Assembly: GCA_030692375.1 (NCBI GenBank)
Contig: JAUYCD010000109.1
Coordinates: 9,221 to 73,220 of the forward strand
Source: Candidatus Latescibacter sp.
GTDB taxonomy: Bacteria > Latescibacterota > Latescibacteria > Latescibacterales > Latescibacteraceae
Reading direction: 5' to 3'
DNA length: 64,000 nt
Shown here: positions 48,332-58,319 of the stretch, in pieces
Layout: every line of letters starts with the position of its first letter
Position numbering within the stretch: the first letter of the stretch is position 1
The notes under the pieces: generated by a model
Told to the model about the DNA's origin: nothing
The model's database searches: none
What the model saw: the letters and a program-made list of their open reading frames with translations, nothing else
Program-made: the position numbers and the translations under genes

Positions 48332-49636
48332 ATGGTTGTTAATATAAAAACGCCCATACCCGGGCCGAAAACCCTTGCGTATAAGGCCATTTCTGAAAAA
48401 TACGAGTCCCGCTGTCTTAATCTTCAGGCGCCCATTGTCTGGGATCATGCCAGGGGAGTGACCGTATGGGATGTGGACGGCAACGCGTTCATCGACTGGA
48501 CCAGCGGCGTTTTGGTTACCAATGTGGGTCATGCCCATCCGAAGCTCGCCAAAGCCATCGCCGACCAGGCCCAGCGACTCCTGAACTGTTATGATTCCCC
48601 CACTGTGGAGCGGATTACCCTGGCCGAGCGCATGGTCAGGCTTGCACCGGATAACCTGAATAACGCATTTTTCGCCACAGTCGGCTCCGAAGCCGTGGAC
48701 GCCGCGGTGCGGGTGGCGAAGCGGTTCACCGGCAATTTCGAGATTATATCCTTTTTCGGCGCCTTTCACGGCCGCACCATGGGAACCATGAGTCTCGCCG
48801 GAAAGATGGGAACCAAGAAACAATTCGGCCCGGTGGTGCCCGGCATTATCCATGTTCCCTACCCGGACCCCTACCGGAATCCCTTCGGTTCTGAGAGCGC
48901 CGATGTGGCTTCCCAGTGCCTCGAATTCATGGACAAGACCGTCTATGCACAGTCCACCGGCTCCATCGCCGGCCTCATCATCGAGCCTTACCAGGGCGCT
49001 GCCGGATTCATCTTTCCTCCCTCAGGCTTCCTGAAATCCCTCGAAAAGTGGTGCAGGGATCACGATATCGTTTTCATCCTCGACGAAGTCCAGTCATCCT
49101 TCGGCCGTACAGGCAAGTTCCTGGCCCTGGAATGGGAAGGTCTCAAACCCAACATGGTCACCATCGGCAAGGGCATCGGCTCCGGTATGCCCATTTCCTG
49201 CCTCCTGGCGGAATCGCGGATCATGGAATCGCTCGGCGAAGGAGAGATGAGCTCCACCTGGGGCGGCAATCCCATCTGCTGCGCAGCTTCCCATGCCATC
49301 CTCGACATCTTCAAGGAGGAGAGGCTGGTGGAGAATTCCCAGACAATGGGCGAATACATAAAAACCCGCCTTAAAGCCATGCAGGAAAAGTGCCGCTGCC
49401 TGGGCGATGTCCGTGGCAGCGGCCTCGTCATGGGTCTCGACATCGTGAAAGACAAAAAGACCAAGGAGCGCGATCCCAAAACCACCCGCCGTATAATCGA
49501 CGAGTGCTGCAGGAAAGGCCTTATCATCGGCTCGGTCTCCGGGAATGTGATCCGGGTCGCTCCTCCCCTGGTCATCACCAGGGACGAGGCGGACGAGAGC
49601 CTGGACATCATAAAAAAGGTGCTTGCAAGCCTTTAA
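48332..49636 (+). CDS. Class-III (acetylornithine/GABA-type) PLP-dependent aminotransferase
   Basis: ..FFGAFHGRTMGTMSLAG.., ILDEVQSSFGRTGKFLALEW, TIGKGIGSGMPIS. Confidence 0.85.
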   Translation: MVVNIKTPIPGPKTLAYKAISEKYESRCLNLQAPIVWDHARGVTVWDVDGNAFIDWTSGVLVTNVGHAHPKLAKAIADQAQRLLNCYDSPTVERITLAERMVRLAPDNLNNAFFATVGSEAVDAAVRVAKRFTGNFEIISFFGAFHGRTMGTMSLAGKMGTKKQFGPVVPGIIHVPYPDPYRNPFGSESADVASQCLEFMDKTVYAQSTGSIAGLIIEPYQGAAGFIFPPSGFLKSLEKWCRDHDIVFILDEVQSSFGRTGKFLALEWEGLKPNMVTIGKGIGSGMPISCLLAESRIMESLGEGEMSSTWGGNPICCAASHAILDIFKEERLVENSQTMGEYIKTRLKAMQEKCRCLGDVRGSGLVMGLDIVKDKKTKERDPKTTRRIIDECCRKGLIIGSVSGNVIRVAPPLVITRDEADESLDIIKKVLASL

Positions 49637-49679
49637 TAAAGTAATCCGAGTATGTCATTTAGTAGGTATTTTGGAAGAA

Positions 49680-49745
49680 TTGCTTCGATTTAGATCCTGA
49701 AACAAGTTCAGGATGACACGTGTCATGCCGAACTTGTTTCGGCAT
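49680..49745. repeat. Palindromic cctgaaac/gccgaac element, copy of 35557-35628
   Basis: tttagatcctgaaacaagttcaggatgacacgtgtcatgccgaacttgtttcggcatctat. Confidence 0.8.
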
Positions 49746-49919
49746 CTATAAACGATCACAAATCAGATCGCGAACCTTGTCGAATGGTAAGATAGTAAAA
49801 ATGTAAAATGACCCTTCAACTCGTCAGTATGATTTCAATATCACTCACCGAAGGCGCTTCTGATGCAATGCGCACCAGACAGCCTCATGCTGCTTGACAT
49901 TCATTTTGGAGTATACTCA

Positions 49920-51149
49920 ATGATCGATAAAGAACACATTCTTCAAACCTGCCTTGACTTTCATGAGGAAACCGCCGCCTTCCTTGACCGGCTTGTGCGT
50001 TTTGAATCGATAAGCGGCTATGAAGACTCGGCGATGGAGTGGCTGCACGGTCAATTTTGGGAGGCGGCGGATGAATGCGAGCTGGTCCCCGTTCCCGAAG
50101 AGATTGTAAACGACCCGGATTACGCCTTCCGTACCGATGACCGTCCCTATTCAGGCAGGCCCAATGTGCGTGCGGTGTTCAAGGGCGCGGGCAACGGAAA
50201 GCGGGTGATTCTCAATTCCCATGTGGATGTGGTTCCGCCTTCGATGGGGCAGGAGAGGCCCTTTGAACCTTACATCAGGGATGGCGCTCTCTATGGCCGC
50301 GGCGCCGCCGACGACAAGGGGCAGGTTGCGGTAATCTGGACCATGCTCAAAGTCATGAAAAAGCTGGGCATCAGGCCGCCCGGCGATGTAATCATCCACC
50401 TTGTCATCGAAGAGGAGACCGGCGGCAACGGAACCCTCGCGTTCATTCGCCGCGGTGAGATCGCCGATTACTGTGTCATCATGGAACCCTGCTCTAATAA
50501 TATTATCACCTCAACCCGTGGAGCGGTCTGGTTCACCGGAACCGTATTCGGCCAGGCGGGGCATCCCGGCTCCTCGCAAACTACGGTGAGCGCCCTCAAG
50601 ATGGCCATCGAGGCCATGCGTATCATCGAGGAATACCACGACGAGCTCCTGGCAAAGACCCATGCCGACGATCCGCTGTTCCTGAAATTCAAAAATCCCA
50701 TGTCAGTGACCTTCGGGCAGCTCAATGCAGGGGACTGGCCTGCAATGGCGCCCCAGAAGGCCGTGTTCAAGGGAGTTTTCGGGCTGCTCACCACTCCGAA
50801 GGAAGAGGTCATGCGGGAACTTGTCGAGCGGGTCAAAACCCGTGGGCCGGAATGGCTCAGGGACCATTGCGAGATGACCTTCCAGTACCGTCACGACACC
50901 TGCCGTATCGATCCCAGGCTTCCTTTTGTGCAAAAACTGGTGGATTGCTACCAGGCCATGGGAGTGAAGACCGAGATAGCCGCCCAGCCGGCTTCATCCG
51001 ACACCTGGTTCTATACGAACATCATGAAAATTCCCGCGCTGAGCACCGGCGCCGGGGAGATTGCCGACTGCCATACTGCCACGGAGAAGGTCACACTGCG
51101 GGAACTGTCGGTGGAAGCGGCGATCATGATTCTTTTCCTCTGCTCATAG
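49920..51149 (+). CDS. M20-family metallopeptidase/deacylase (ArgE/DapE-like)
   Basis: ..LNSHVDVVPP.., ..GRGAADDKGQVAV.., ..IEEETGGNG.. Confidence 0.8.
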   Translation: MIDKEHILQTCLDFHEETAAFLDRLVRFESISGYEDSAMEWLHGQFWEAADECELVPVPEEIVNDPDYAFRTDDRPYSGRPNVRAVFKGAGNGKRVILNSHVDVVPPSMGQERPFEPYIRDGALYGRGAADDKGQVAVIWTMLKVMKKLGIRPPGDVIIHLVIEEETGGNGTLAFIRRGEIADYCVIMEPCSNNIITSTRGAVWFTGTVFGQAGHPGSSQTTVSALKMAIEAMRIIEEYHDELLAKTHADDPLFLKFKNPMSVTFGQLNAGDWPAMAPQKAVFKGVFGLLTTPKEEVMRELVERVKTRGPEWLRDHCEMTFQYRHDTCRIDPRLPFVQKLVDCYQAMGVKTEIAAQPASSDTWFYTNIMKIPALSTGAGEIADCHTATEKVTLRELSVEAAIMILFLCS

Positions 51150-51156
51150 GGAAACC

Positions 51157-52152
51157 ATGAAACCGCGCGATATATTTTTACAGGCGCTGGAGAGAAAACC
51201 GACGTCCCGGCCGGCAACAGGCAGCGCCACTTCCATAGTCACAGTCGACCTGATGGAGAAAACCGGTTTCTTCTTTCCCGATGTGCACTTTGATCCGGGA
51301 AAGATGGCCGGGCTTGCGGAGGCAGGGTATACAGAGCTTGGCTTCGATAATGTCATGCCCCTGTTCAGTGTCAGTCACGAATCGGCGGCCCTGGGCTGCC
51401 GGACCGACTGGGGAAGCATCGACAAGATGCCGGACTGCCGCGGAGGGTTGTACGGGATCGAGGATGAGATCATCATCCCGCCGGATTTTCTTGCCAGGCC
51501 GGAATGCCGTGTTCCGCTTCGAGCGCTTGAAATTCTGAAAAAACGGCATGGCAGCGAGGTCGCGGTGGTCGGGAAGGTATTCGGCCCCTGGACTCTTGGG
51601 TATCACCTGTTCGGAGTGGAGGAATTCCTGATCAACACCATTCTTAATCCGGATGCGGTGAAATGTGCGATCTCAACCCTGAAAGAGGTTACTGTCGCTT
51701 TCGGGAAAGCGCAGATCGAGGCAGGCGCGGACGCCCTGACCCTGGGCGACCATGCCACCAGGGACCTCTGCTCGCCGCTTGCGTACCGTGATTTTCTGAA
51801 AGATGTCCATTTTGAGATCAACGAACGCCTTGCCTGCCCCATAATCCTGCATATCTGCGGGGAAACCGGCGACCGTATCGGGTATATCCGTGAGACTGGC
51901 GTCGCCTGTTTTCATTTCGATTCCAAAGTCCCGGCCGGAACCGCCCGCGAACTGGCTGGTGAGAAGCTCTCGCTCATGGGCGGCACGAGCAATTTCGACA
52001 TAATCCTGAAGGGTACTCCCGAATCCATCGCCGCGGATGTGCGAAAGAAAAAGGCTGTCGGCATCGATATCATCGGCCCGGAATGCGCGGTCCCGCTCAA
52101 TGCGCCATGGAAAAACCTGATGATGATAGCGGAGGAAGTAAAGAGGGGGTGA
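51157..52152 (+). CDS. URO-D/MtaA-CmuA-family protein, paralogue 2
   Basis: ..TSRPATGSATSIVTVDLMEKTG.. and ..ILHICGETGDRIGYIRETGVACFHFDS.. are typical of methylcobamide:CoM-methyltransferase-like URO-D proteins. Confidence 0.7.
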   Translation: MKPRDIFLQALERKPTSRPATGSATSIVTVDLMEKTGFFFPDVHFDPGKMAGLAEAGYTELGFDNVMPLFSVSHESAALGCRTDWGSIDKMPDCRGGLYGIEDEIIIPPDFLARPECRVPLRALEILKKRHGSEVAVVGKVFGPWTLGYHLFGVEEFLINTILNPDAVKCAISTLKEVTVAFGKAQIEAGADALTLGDHATRDLCSPLAYRDFLKDVHFEINERLACPIILHICGETGDRIGYIRETGVACFHFDSKVPAGTARELAGEKLSLMGGTSNFDIILKGTPESIAADVRKKKAVGIDIIGPECAVPLNAPWKNLMMIAEEVKRG

Positions 52153-52229
52153 AGAGGGGAACTGAAAGCCACGATTCAGTATATCGGGCAATTCCTTTTT
52201 ATGCCCAGTCTCAGAAATATTTTTTTTCG

Positions 52230-52505
52230 TCAAATAGATTTCGCTACATGTTTAGCACGACGCGCAGGCGTTCCACAGAGCATCCCATTGGCGCTGATGT
52301 CCTCATCTATATCAGGCCAATGAACTCCTTCTCCGTTTCCCATGATCTCAAAGTTTTTTCGTTGCTCTGGTGTTGCTTCCGATAAACGCCATGACCACGC
52401 CAACGGCACGCTCACCGTCCTGCCATCCGCCAATTGCGCTTTAATGCTCTCATTCGTCACTTTCAATCCTATAATACGCGGCTCGCTATTCGCCACAGTG
52501 TTCAT
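52230..52505 (-). CDS. DUF2442-family protein (downstream partner of DUF4160)
   Basis: ..IIGLKVTNESIKAQLADGRTVSVPLAWSWRLSEATPEQRKNFEIMGNGEGVHWPDIDEDISANGML. The start is uncertain (52505 or 52541). Confidence 0.6.
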   Translation of the reverse strand: MNTVANSEPRIIGLKVTNESIKAQLADGRTVSVPLAWSWRLSEATPEQRKNFEIMGNGEGVHWPDIDEDISANGMLCGTPARRAKHVAKSI

Positions 52506-52725
52506 TCCATGCCTCCAAGATATTCTCCAAGTGTCTGACAATAAGGGCGCGAATACGATTCAATTCTGCCGGTGGGAATCCATCGTTGGCAGCCAGGGCT
52601 ACCGGCTCAAGCCAAAACTTACACAACATGCGTTCACGGCGAACGTGAACGTGTTTTGACTCATTGCAGTCAAAACTGTAGAAAAATAGACGGTACGGAC
52701 CAGGAATACCGTGAACGGTAGGCAT
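52486..52725 (-). CDS. DUF4160-family protein
   Basis: MPTVHGIPGPYRLFFYSFDCNESKHVHV.. is the DUF4160 hallmark. It overlaps the DUF2442 gene. Confidence 0.6.
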   Translation of the reverse strand: MPTVHGIPGPYRLFFYSFDCNESKHVHVRRERMLCKFWLEPVALAANDGFPPAELNRIRALIVRHLENILEAWNEHCGE

Positions 52726-52995
52726 CAAGTCCTCATCTGCCGGTCGAATATAAGTCATCTATACTTTATGCAGACATTATAGCAATATTCTCTTAAAAGT
52801 CAAGCTGATTCCACATGGATTCATAATCCTGAGCCACCGGAACGGAGTTCCCCTTACCCACTTGGAGAGGAGGTTTAGGGAATGCGGGTGTTTTTCCCGC
52901 TTGCAAAAATCCTTGCGTCTTTTTATCTTCTATTCACTTACACCGTTGAGAAACGCTGCGCCCCCATCCTCTTCACCCACTCAAGGAGGAGAACA

Positions 52996-54243
52996 ATGCT
53001 TTCGTCCCTTTACAAAGGTCTGCTTTTGCTTATTGTTTTCCTGCTGATAATCGGTCTGGCTTCATGTTCGAAAAAAGCTCCCGAAAAGGCAGTGCAACCG
53101 CCGCCCCCTCCGAACAGCCTTCTGGCTCTGAAAAACGCGCTAACCGACTCCACCAAACGTCCCATAATCCCCAGGCAGGTCGGAAAAGAGAATAAACAGC
53201 TCATAACCCTCGCCGGAATGGATCCTTCCGGGCCGCAGTTGGTCATCGATCCCGCACTGGCCGGAAGGGTCATGGGTGTTTCCTTTGACGGGGATAACGG
53301 CGACAACCTCTTCTGGGTAGATAAGTCCATCCTCGATGGAAGTTACTTCAGCGCCAAACCGCCGAGCTGGAACGCCGGAGGTCTCCGTACCTGGCTGTCT
53401 CCCGAAGACCTGTTTTTCCTGCCGGAGGACAAGGATGCGAAGAAGTGGTTTGTGCCCGCCGAGCTCGACCCGGCGCCCTATACAGTGTATGCTCAGGGTA
53501 AAGGCGAAGTTACCCTTCAGCTTACCACAAGCATCAAATCCAACATGGGGAAGACCTATAACCTTCTCCTCACCCGCCGTATCCAGCTTGTTCCTTTCTA
53601 TACCGATTCGGTCGGGACGGTGTTGCCGAAGGACCTCAAGTATGTAGGCATAAATCTCTTCCATTCCATGCAGAATCTATCCGATGGAATAATCGGCAAG
53701 GACATGCCCTATATCTGCCTCTGGAGCCTTCTCCAGATGAATCCCTCCGGGACCATGCTCATCCCCCTCGCCAAAAAAGCCGACCCAAAGAGGGCATACC
53801 GCGACTATTTCAATCCGCTGGGGCCGGACCGTATTGCCATCGAGAACAATATCATCTCGGTGAAGATCGACGGGAAATACCGCTCAAAGATCGGTGTGAA
53901 CGCTAAAGCCGCCGGGCCTGGTATCGCATACCTTAAGGATGAGGGCAGCGGCCAGGGAATACTGTTCGTCCAACTTTTCACGGTCGATCCTAAAGGGATC
54001 TATGTAGACAAGCCCTGGGGCAAGAAGAGCGATTACGGCGACGCTATCGAGATGTACAATGATGACGGCAACATGGGCGGTTTCACCGAAATGGAGTGCC
54101 ACAGCCCGGCGAAAAAAATGGCCAGGGGTGAGTCGGAATTTCATGAACTCCACCTGCACATTTTCAAGGGACCTATACCCGAACTCCATAAAATCGGCTC
54201 TTTGCTCCTTTCGACCGATATTTCCAAGGCGAAATATTATTAA
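52996..54243 (+). CDS. Lipoprotein, hypothetical (415 aa)
   Basis: AAGGAGG RBS; MLSSLYKGLLLLIVFLLIIGLASC lipobox. Confidence 0.65.
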   Translation: MLSSLYKGLLLLIVFLLIIGLASCSKKAPEKAVQPPPPPNSLLALKNALTDSTKRPIIPRQVGKENKQLITLAGMDPSGPQLVIDPALAGRVMGVSFDGDNGDNLFWVDKSILDGSYFSAKPPSWNAGGLRTWLSPEDLFFLPEDKDAKKWFVPAELDPAPYTVYAQGKGEVTLQLTTSIKSNMGKTYNLLLTRRIQLVPFYTDSVGTVLPKDLKYVGINLFHSMQNLSDGIIGKDMPYICLWSLLQMNPSGTMLIPLAKKADPKRAYRDYFNPLGPDRIAIENNIISVKIDGKYRSKIGVNAKAAGPGIAYLKDEGSGQGILFVQLFTVDPKGIYVDKPWGKKSDYGDAIEMYNDDGNMGGFTEMECHSPAKKMARGESEFHELHLHIFKGPIPELHKIGSLLLSTDISKAKYY

Positions 54244-54640
54244 AAAGCAGAATACAGGAGTCAGAATAAAAGACAATTTCTCGCAAAGTTCGCAAAGTTC
54301 GCAAAGAAAGAAATGAAGATGTCTGAACCACGGATAGCCGGGATTGAAGGACAGGATAAAGAGACAAAGACAGGATGAAAAGATATTTTCCCTCTTCTGT
54401 ATTTTGTATACTTTCTTTATCGCTTTTGCGTCTGGATAAATTTATTTACATCCCGTTTATCCGTTCATCCTGACCATCCGTGGTTCAGACAATCTTTCTG
54501 TCTTTTCATCATCTTCTATCACTCACATCACACAAATCAGTGGTTCAGACAATCCTTCATCCTTTTCTTTCCTTTTGACTTTTGCCCCCGGAAAATGTAT
54601 CCTGTATAGAGCATATTTGGAGAAACCGATGAAGGAGGAT
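54244..54640. repeat. 400-bp repeat-dense intergenic region: 3x cgcaaagtt tandem repeat, three gtggttcagacaatc motifs, and caggagtcag motifs
   Basis: Read directly from the sequence. The gtggttcagacaatc motif also occurs at 1340-1357, 24121-24140, 24253-24270 and 36975-36995. Confidence 0.7.
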
Positions 54641-54644
54641 TAAA

Positions 54645-56015
54645 TTGAAATATCTTACCGTGTTCTTGCTGATAGTTCTCTTTCCTTTCCACGCCGGGTC
54701 ACAATCCAGGGGACCGGATTATCAATGGTATACCGAAGGCAATTACATTCCCGCAACACGGGTGAAAGTTGTGTTGAAAAATGTTCTTGATTTCGGCCGT
54801 ACATACTGTCCGGTAATCATCCCTCGAAAAGATTTTCCCATCCCCAATATCAGCGATTTTTACGTGACTGTCGTCGACCCTTCCCTGCCATCGGACACGG
54901 AACCGACCGAGGCGGAGATAAAAGCTGTCGGCGGCTGGAAAACCCGTCAGGAAACCAACGGCCATTATCTTCGGTATCAGCTCGACGATCTTGACAAGGA
55001 CGGGCTATGGGATGAACTGTATTTTGCCTGTGATATAAAGCCAAAGGAAACAAAAACTGTTTATGTATATGTGCAACCGCCTCAGCAATTATGGCTTCGA
55101 GGGCTTTACAGACATGAAACACATTGCATCATAGGCAATTACGAACGCAATTTTATACCCTGGTGGGAATCGGAAGTGATCGGATGGAAAATCGCCACCC
55201 TTACCGATGTGGATTTATTCGGCAAGCGGGAACGTATCATGATAACGCCAATGGAATGCATCGAAAACTGGGCCGGGTATAACAGGCCGTATAGATACGG
55301 CCTGGACATTCTCCTTGTCGGCAGCACTTTTGGAGCAGCCGGGCTCTGCCTTTTTGAAGAGCCGGCCATTCCCGATTCGGTTTCACGGCCAAGATTCAGC
55401 CCCACGAGCAAAGAGGGGCAGTATTATAATACACGGTATTCGCGGGATGTTGTGGTCAACGGCCCCATGAGAAGCATAATCCTTGTCCGAACCATGGACT
55501 GGCGTTCCGGAAAAGGATTGTATGCTCTCGACCAATACTATACCGCTTACGCCGATAAATATTATTCGACCTGCAAGGCGGTATTTAAAACCTTCGTTCC
55601 GGAGGAAAAGAAAACGCTTTTCGGCTGCGGCATGAGAGCCATTATGGATCAATACGACTACTACCAGAAAGGCGGCACGGTCATTTCTTACGGGAAAAAT
55701 GTCGTCATCGAGTCGCCCAGTCCCGATGAAAAAGGGCAGGAAAAGGTGCGGGCTGTTCTTGATTTTGAAGGTCTCGCGCTTGTGGTCAAAGACAAATACA
55801 AACCGCAGTACCAGTATGTTAAATCCTATGGCGGAAACCATTGTTTCAGGATACCGGTTAATGACGAAAAGACCTTTGAATATCTTTTCGCCGGCGCATG
55901 GAGCGAGGGGCTCGACAATAAAAATCGGGAAGCTTTCCAGGATTATGTATTGAAGGCCGCCCAGGAATTCAATAATCCGCTGGACATCGTTGAATACACC
56001 ATTGAAAAGAAATAG
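54645..56015 (+). CDS. Secreted hypothetical protein (456 aa)
   Basis: Signal peptide MKYLTVFLLIVLFPFHAGSQS; no family recognised. Confidence 0.6.
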   Translation: MKYLTVFLLIVLFPFHAGSQSRGPDYQWYTEGNYIPATRVKVVLKNVLDFGRTYCPVIIPRKDFPIPNISDFYVTVVDPSLPSDTEPTEAEIKAVGGWKTRQETNGHYLRYQLDDLDKDGLWDELYFACDIKPKETKTVYVYVQPPQQLWLRGLYRHETHCIIGNYERNFIPWWESEVIGWKIATLTDVDLFGKRERIMITPMECIENWAGYNRPYRYGLDILLVGSTFGAAGLCLFEEPAIPDSVSRPRFSPTSKEGQYYNTRYSRDVVVNGPMRSIILVRTMDWRSGKGLYALDQYYTAYADKYYSTCKAVFKTFVPEEKKTLFGCGMRAIMDQYDYYQKGGTVISYGKNVVIESPSPDEKGQEKVRAVLDFEGLALVVKDKYKPQYQYVKSYGGNHCFRIPVNDEKTFEYLFAGAWSEGLDNKNREAFQDYVLKAAQEFNNPLDIVEYTIEKK

Positions 56016-56077
56016 TTATTTCGTCTTTTCAAACCACTATATATGACGACATAATTATTGCTCATGTTTTGAGTGAT

Positions 56078-56282
56078 TAGATCCTGAAACGAGTTCAGGA
56101 TGACACGTGCACTTCGACAAGCTCAGTGCTCGGTCAGCGGACTCAGAGCCTGTCGAAGAGTCCGCTACATCCTGAACTCGTTTCAGGATCTAATTTTAAA
56201 TCACGGCACAATATTTTTAAATTCAAAAGAAGCAACTATTCTTTTCCCCTCGCCCGCTTACGGGAGAGGGGGCAGGGGGTGA
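56078..56282. repeat. Composite element: a cctgaaac palindrome split by a ttcgacaagctcagtgctcgg..gagcctgtcgaag unit, followed by a cccctcgcccgcttacgggagagggggcagggggtgagg hairpin
   Basis: Read directly from the sequence. It links the pheT-internal repeat family with the intergenic palindromes. Confidence 0.75.
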
Positions 56283-56287
56283 GGGAA

Positions 56288-57274
56288 ATGAACAGGCGAT
56301 ATTTTTTCATGAGCGCGGCTGCACCCGTCCTGGCAGCATCCGGATGTTCGGTGTTATCCGGAGTGAAGATGAAGACCGGAACTATCTCCCGGAAGAAGCT
56401 GGGAAAAACCGGGATCGATGTTTCACAGTTCGGGTTCGGTTCGCACCTGAAACCCGTGCTTATCAAGAATCCGAAGCTCCGTGACCGTATGATCAAAGCA
56501 GGATTCGAGCGAGGGATTTCCACATTCGATGTATACGACCACGGCGGGTATAAACAGTTCGAGCCTATGGGCAAAAGTGTGAGGGGATTCCGAAAGGAAG
56601 CGGTGATTTCACTCTGCGCGGTAAAATCGAACAAGGAAATGCAGGCTGAGATCGATGAGGCCCTTCAGAAATTTTATACCGATTACATCGACCTGTACCG
56701 TACTCAGACGTTGAACGACGAGCGTATCGCCATCCTGGAGAAGAACAGGAAAGCCGGAAAAATCCGTGCTGTCGGAGTTGTGTCCCATGACGCTGTCCAG
56801 ATGTCCGGGTTTGTGGAGAAATATAAGGATGTTCTTGATTTTGTCATGATCGTTTACAATTTCCACCATAGCATCGGCCGCCCTAAAAAAGGCTCCGGGA
56901 TGCCGCCGAATGATTACTCCGCCCTCATACCCCGGTGCTCCGCACTGGGACTGGGTATACTCGGCATCAAACCCATGGGCAGCGACGACATGGTCGCCTT
57001 TGCCTTGAACAAAGGATATTATAAAAAAGGTCCCTCTCTCAGCCATGCCATGCTGAGGTATGCGTTTGCCAATGACCAGATAGACTGCGTTATGACAGCA
57101 ATGAATACTTCCGGAGAGCTGGCGTCCAATCTTGAAGCAGCGTACCGGCCGGCGTTCTCCCGCGAAGAAGAAGCGCTCCTGAGGTCGCTGAACCGCGATG
57201 CAGATTCCATGCGGGCGGAATACCTTACCCCGAAGTACCGCTGGCTGGAGAGTTGGGCTGCCAGAACGGTATAA
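56288..57274 (+). CDS. Aldo/keto reductase with a twin-arginine (Tat) signal peptide
   Basis: MNRRYFFMSAAAPVLAASG, then AKR motifs (..GIDVSQFGFGS.., ..YIDLYR..). Confidence 0.7.
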   Translation: MNRRYFFMSAAAPVLAASGCSVLSGVKMKTGTISRKKLGKTGIDVSQFGFGSHLKPVLIKNPKLRDRMIKAGFERGISTFDVYDHGGYKQFEPMGKSVRGFRKEAVISLCAVKSNKEMQAEIDEALQKFYTDYIDLYRTQTLNDERIAILEKNRKAGKIRAVGVVSHDAVQMSGFVEKYKDVLDFVMIVYNFHHSIGRPKKGSGMPPNDYSALIPRCSALGLGILGIKPMGSDDMVAFALNKGYYKKGPSLSHAMLRYAFANDQIDCVMTAMNTSGELASNLEAAYRPAFSREEEALLRSLNRDADSMRAEYLTPKYRWLESWAARTV

Positions 57275-57277
57275 TTT

Positions 57278-58072
57278 TTATGCTTCCCCAAGCGCCCTTG
57301 CCATTTCGTCCAGGTCATCCTTGAGGAATGCATGAGTGGCCCGATATGGGTCGATGTTCGCGGTGAGGAGCATCTCCTGGCCAAGCACCGAGGCTTCCTG
57401 GATAAGACCGTTGGGGGCGACCACAAGCGAGCGGCAATTATTGGCAGGGTGGCACATGTTCGCCGAGACGAACCACACGGTGTTCTCGGCGGCGCGCGCG
57501 GTGATGAGCGCCTCGTGTACCGGCAGTTTCCACGACATGCTCGCAAAAAAATGGTTGCACTGCGGATGGAAAACTATCTTCGCGCCACCTTTTGCCAGCA
57601 TCCGCACATTCTCCGGGTATCGGAATCCCTCGAAACAGATGACAACCCCCATCGGCACGCCTTTGAAAGTGAATGCGGTAGGGCCGCTCTGCGGGAACGC
57701 ATAAGCCCGGGCGTCCGCCGGGGTAAGCCTCGATTTGTGATGCACCGTGAGAAGTTCACCCTTCTCGTTTACTACTTGGGCGCTGTTGAACGGTTTCCCT
57801 CCGGGATTGGGCGTCTCAGTTCCGAAAATCACTCCCATTGCAAGCTCCTTCGCCTTCGCGCAGATGGTCTCAGACGCCCGTTCGAGCGCGTCCTCGTTCA
57901 CCGGGGAGTCCGGTTCGAGCAGCCCCACGCGGTAGCCGGGGATATGCGTCTCCGGAAAGCAGAGGAGTTCCACTCCCGCTCTCACGGCTTTATCCATATA
58001 TTCAAGGACTTTGTCAAGGTTTTTTCCGATGTATGGAGTCTGGGGAACTTGTGCGATGCCGATGCGAAGCAT
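57278..58072 (-). CDS. Carbon-nitrogen hydrolase (nitrilase-superfamily) protein
   Basis: MLRIGIAQV..ELLCFPE..; fits the E-K-C triad architecture. Confidence 0.8.
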   Translation of the reverse strand: MLRIGIAQVPQTPYIGKNLDKVLEYMDKAVRAGVELLCFPETHIPGYRVGLLEPDSPVNEDALERASETICAKAKELAMGVIFGTETPNPGGKPFNSAQVVNEKGELLTVHHKSRLTPADARAYAFPQSGPTAFTFKGVPMGVVICFEGFRYPENVRMLAKGGAKIVFHPQCNHFFASMSWKLPVHEALITARAAENTVWFVSANMCHPANNCRSLVVAPNGLIQEASVLGQEMLLTANIDPYRATHAFLKDDLDEMARALGEA

Positions 58073-58319
58073 TGGGGCCTCCTGAAACGAGTTTTGATAT
58101 ATTCAAGGATATAACATGCTTGCATAGGAAAGAAAGGAAAACGACAGGTCAATGTCAAGACGGAAAGGGTGGATTGGGGAAAATTTACATTCTGACAGGA
58201 AGTTTGATGCATTCTTTTACTTGACAATAAGCACTGATTTCAGTATCGTTTTATGCGCGAAATATATTCTCCATACAATTGTTGTGATATCAACCGGTGA
58301 ATGGGAAGGCGATGTATGG

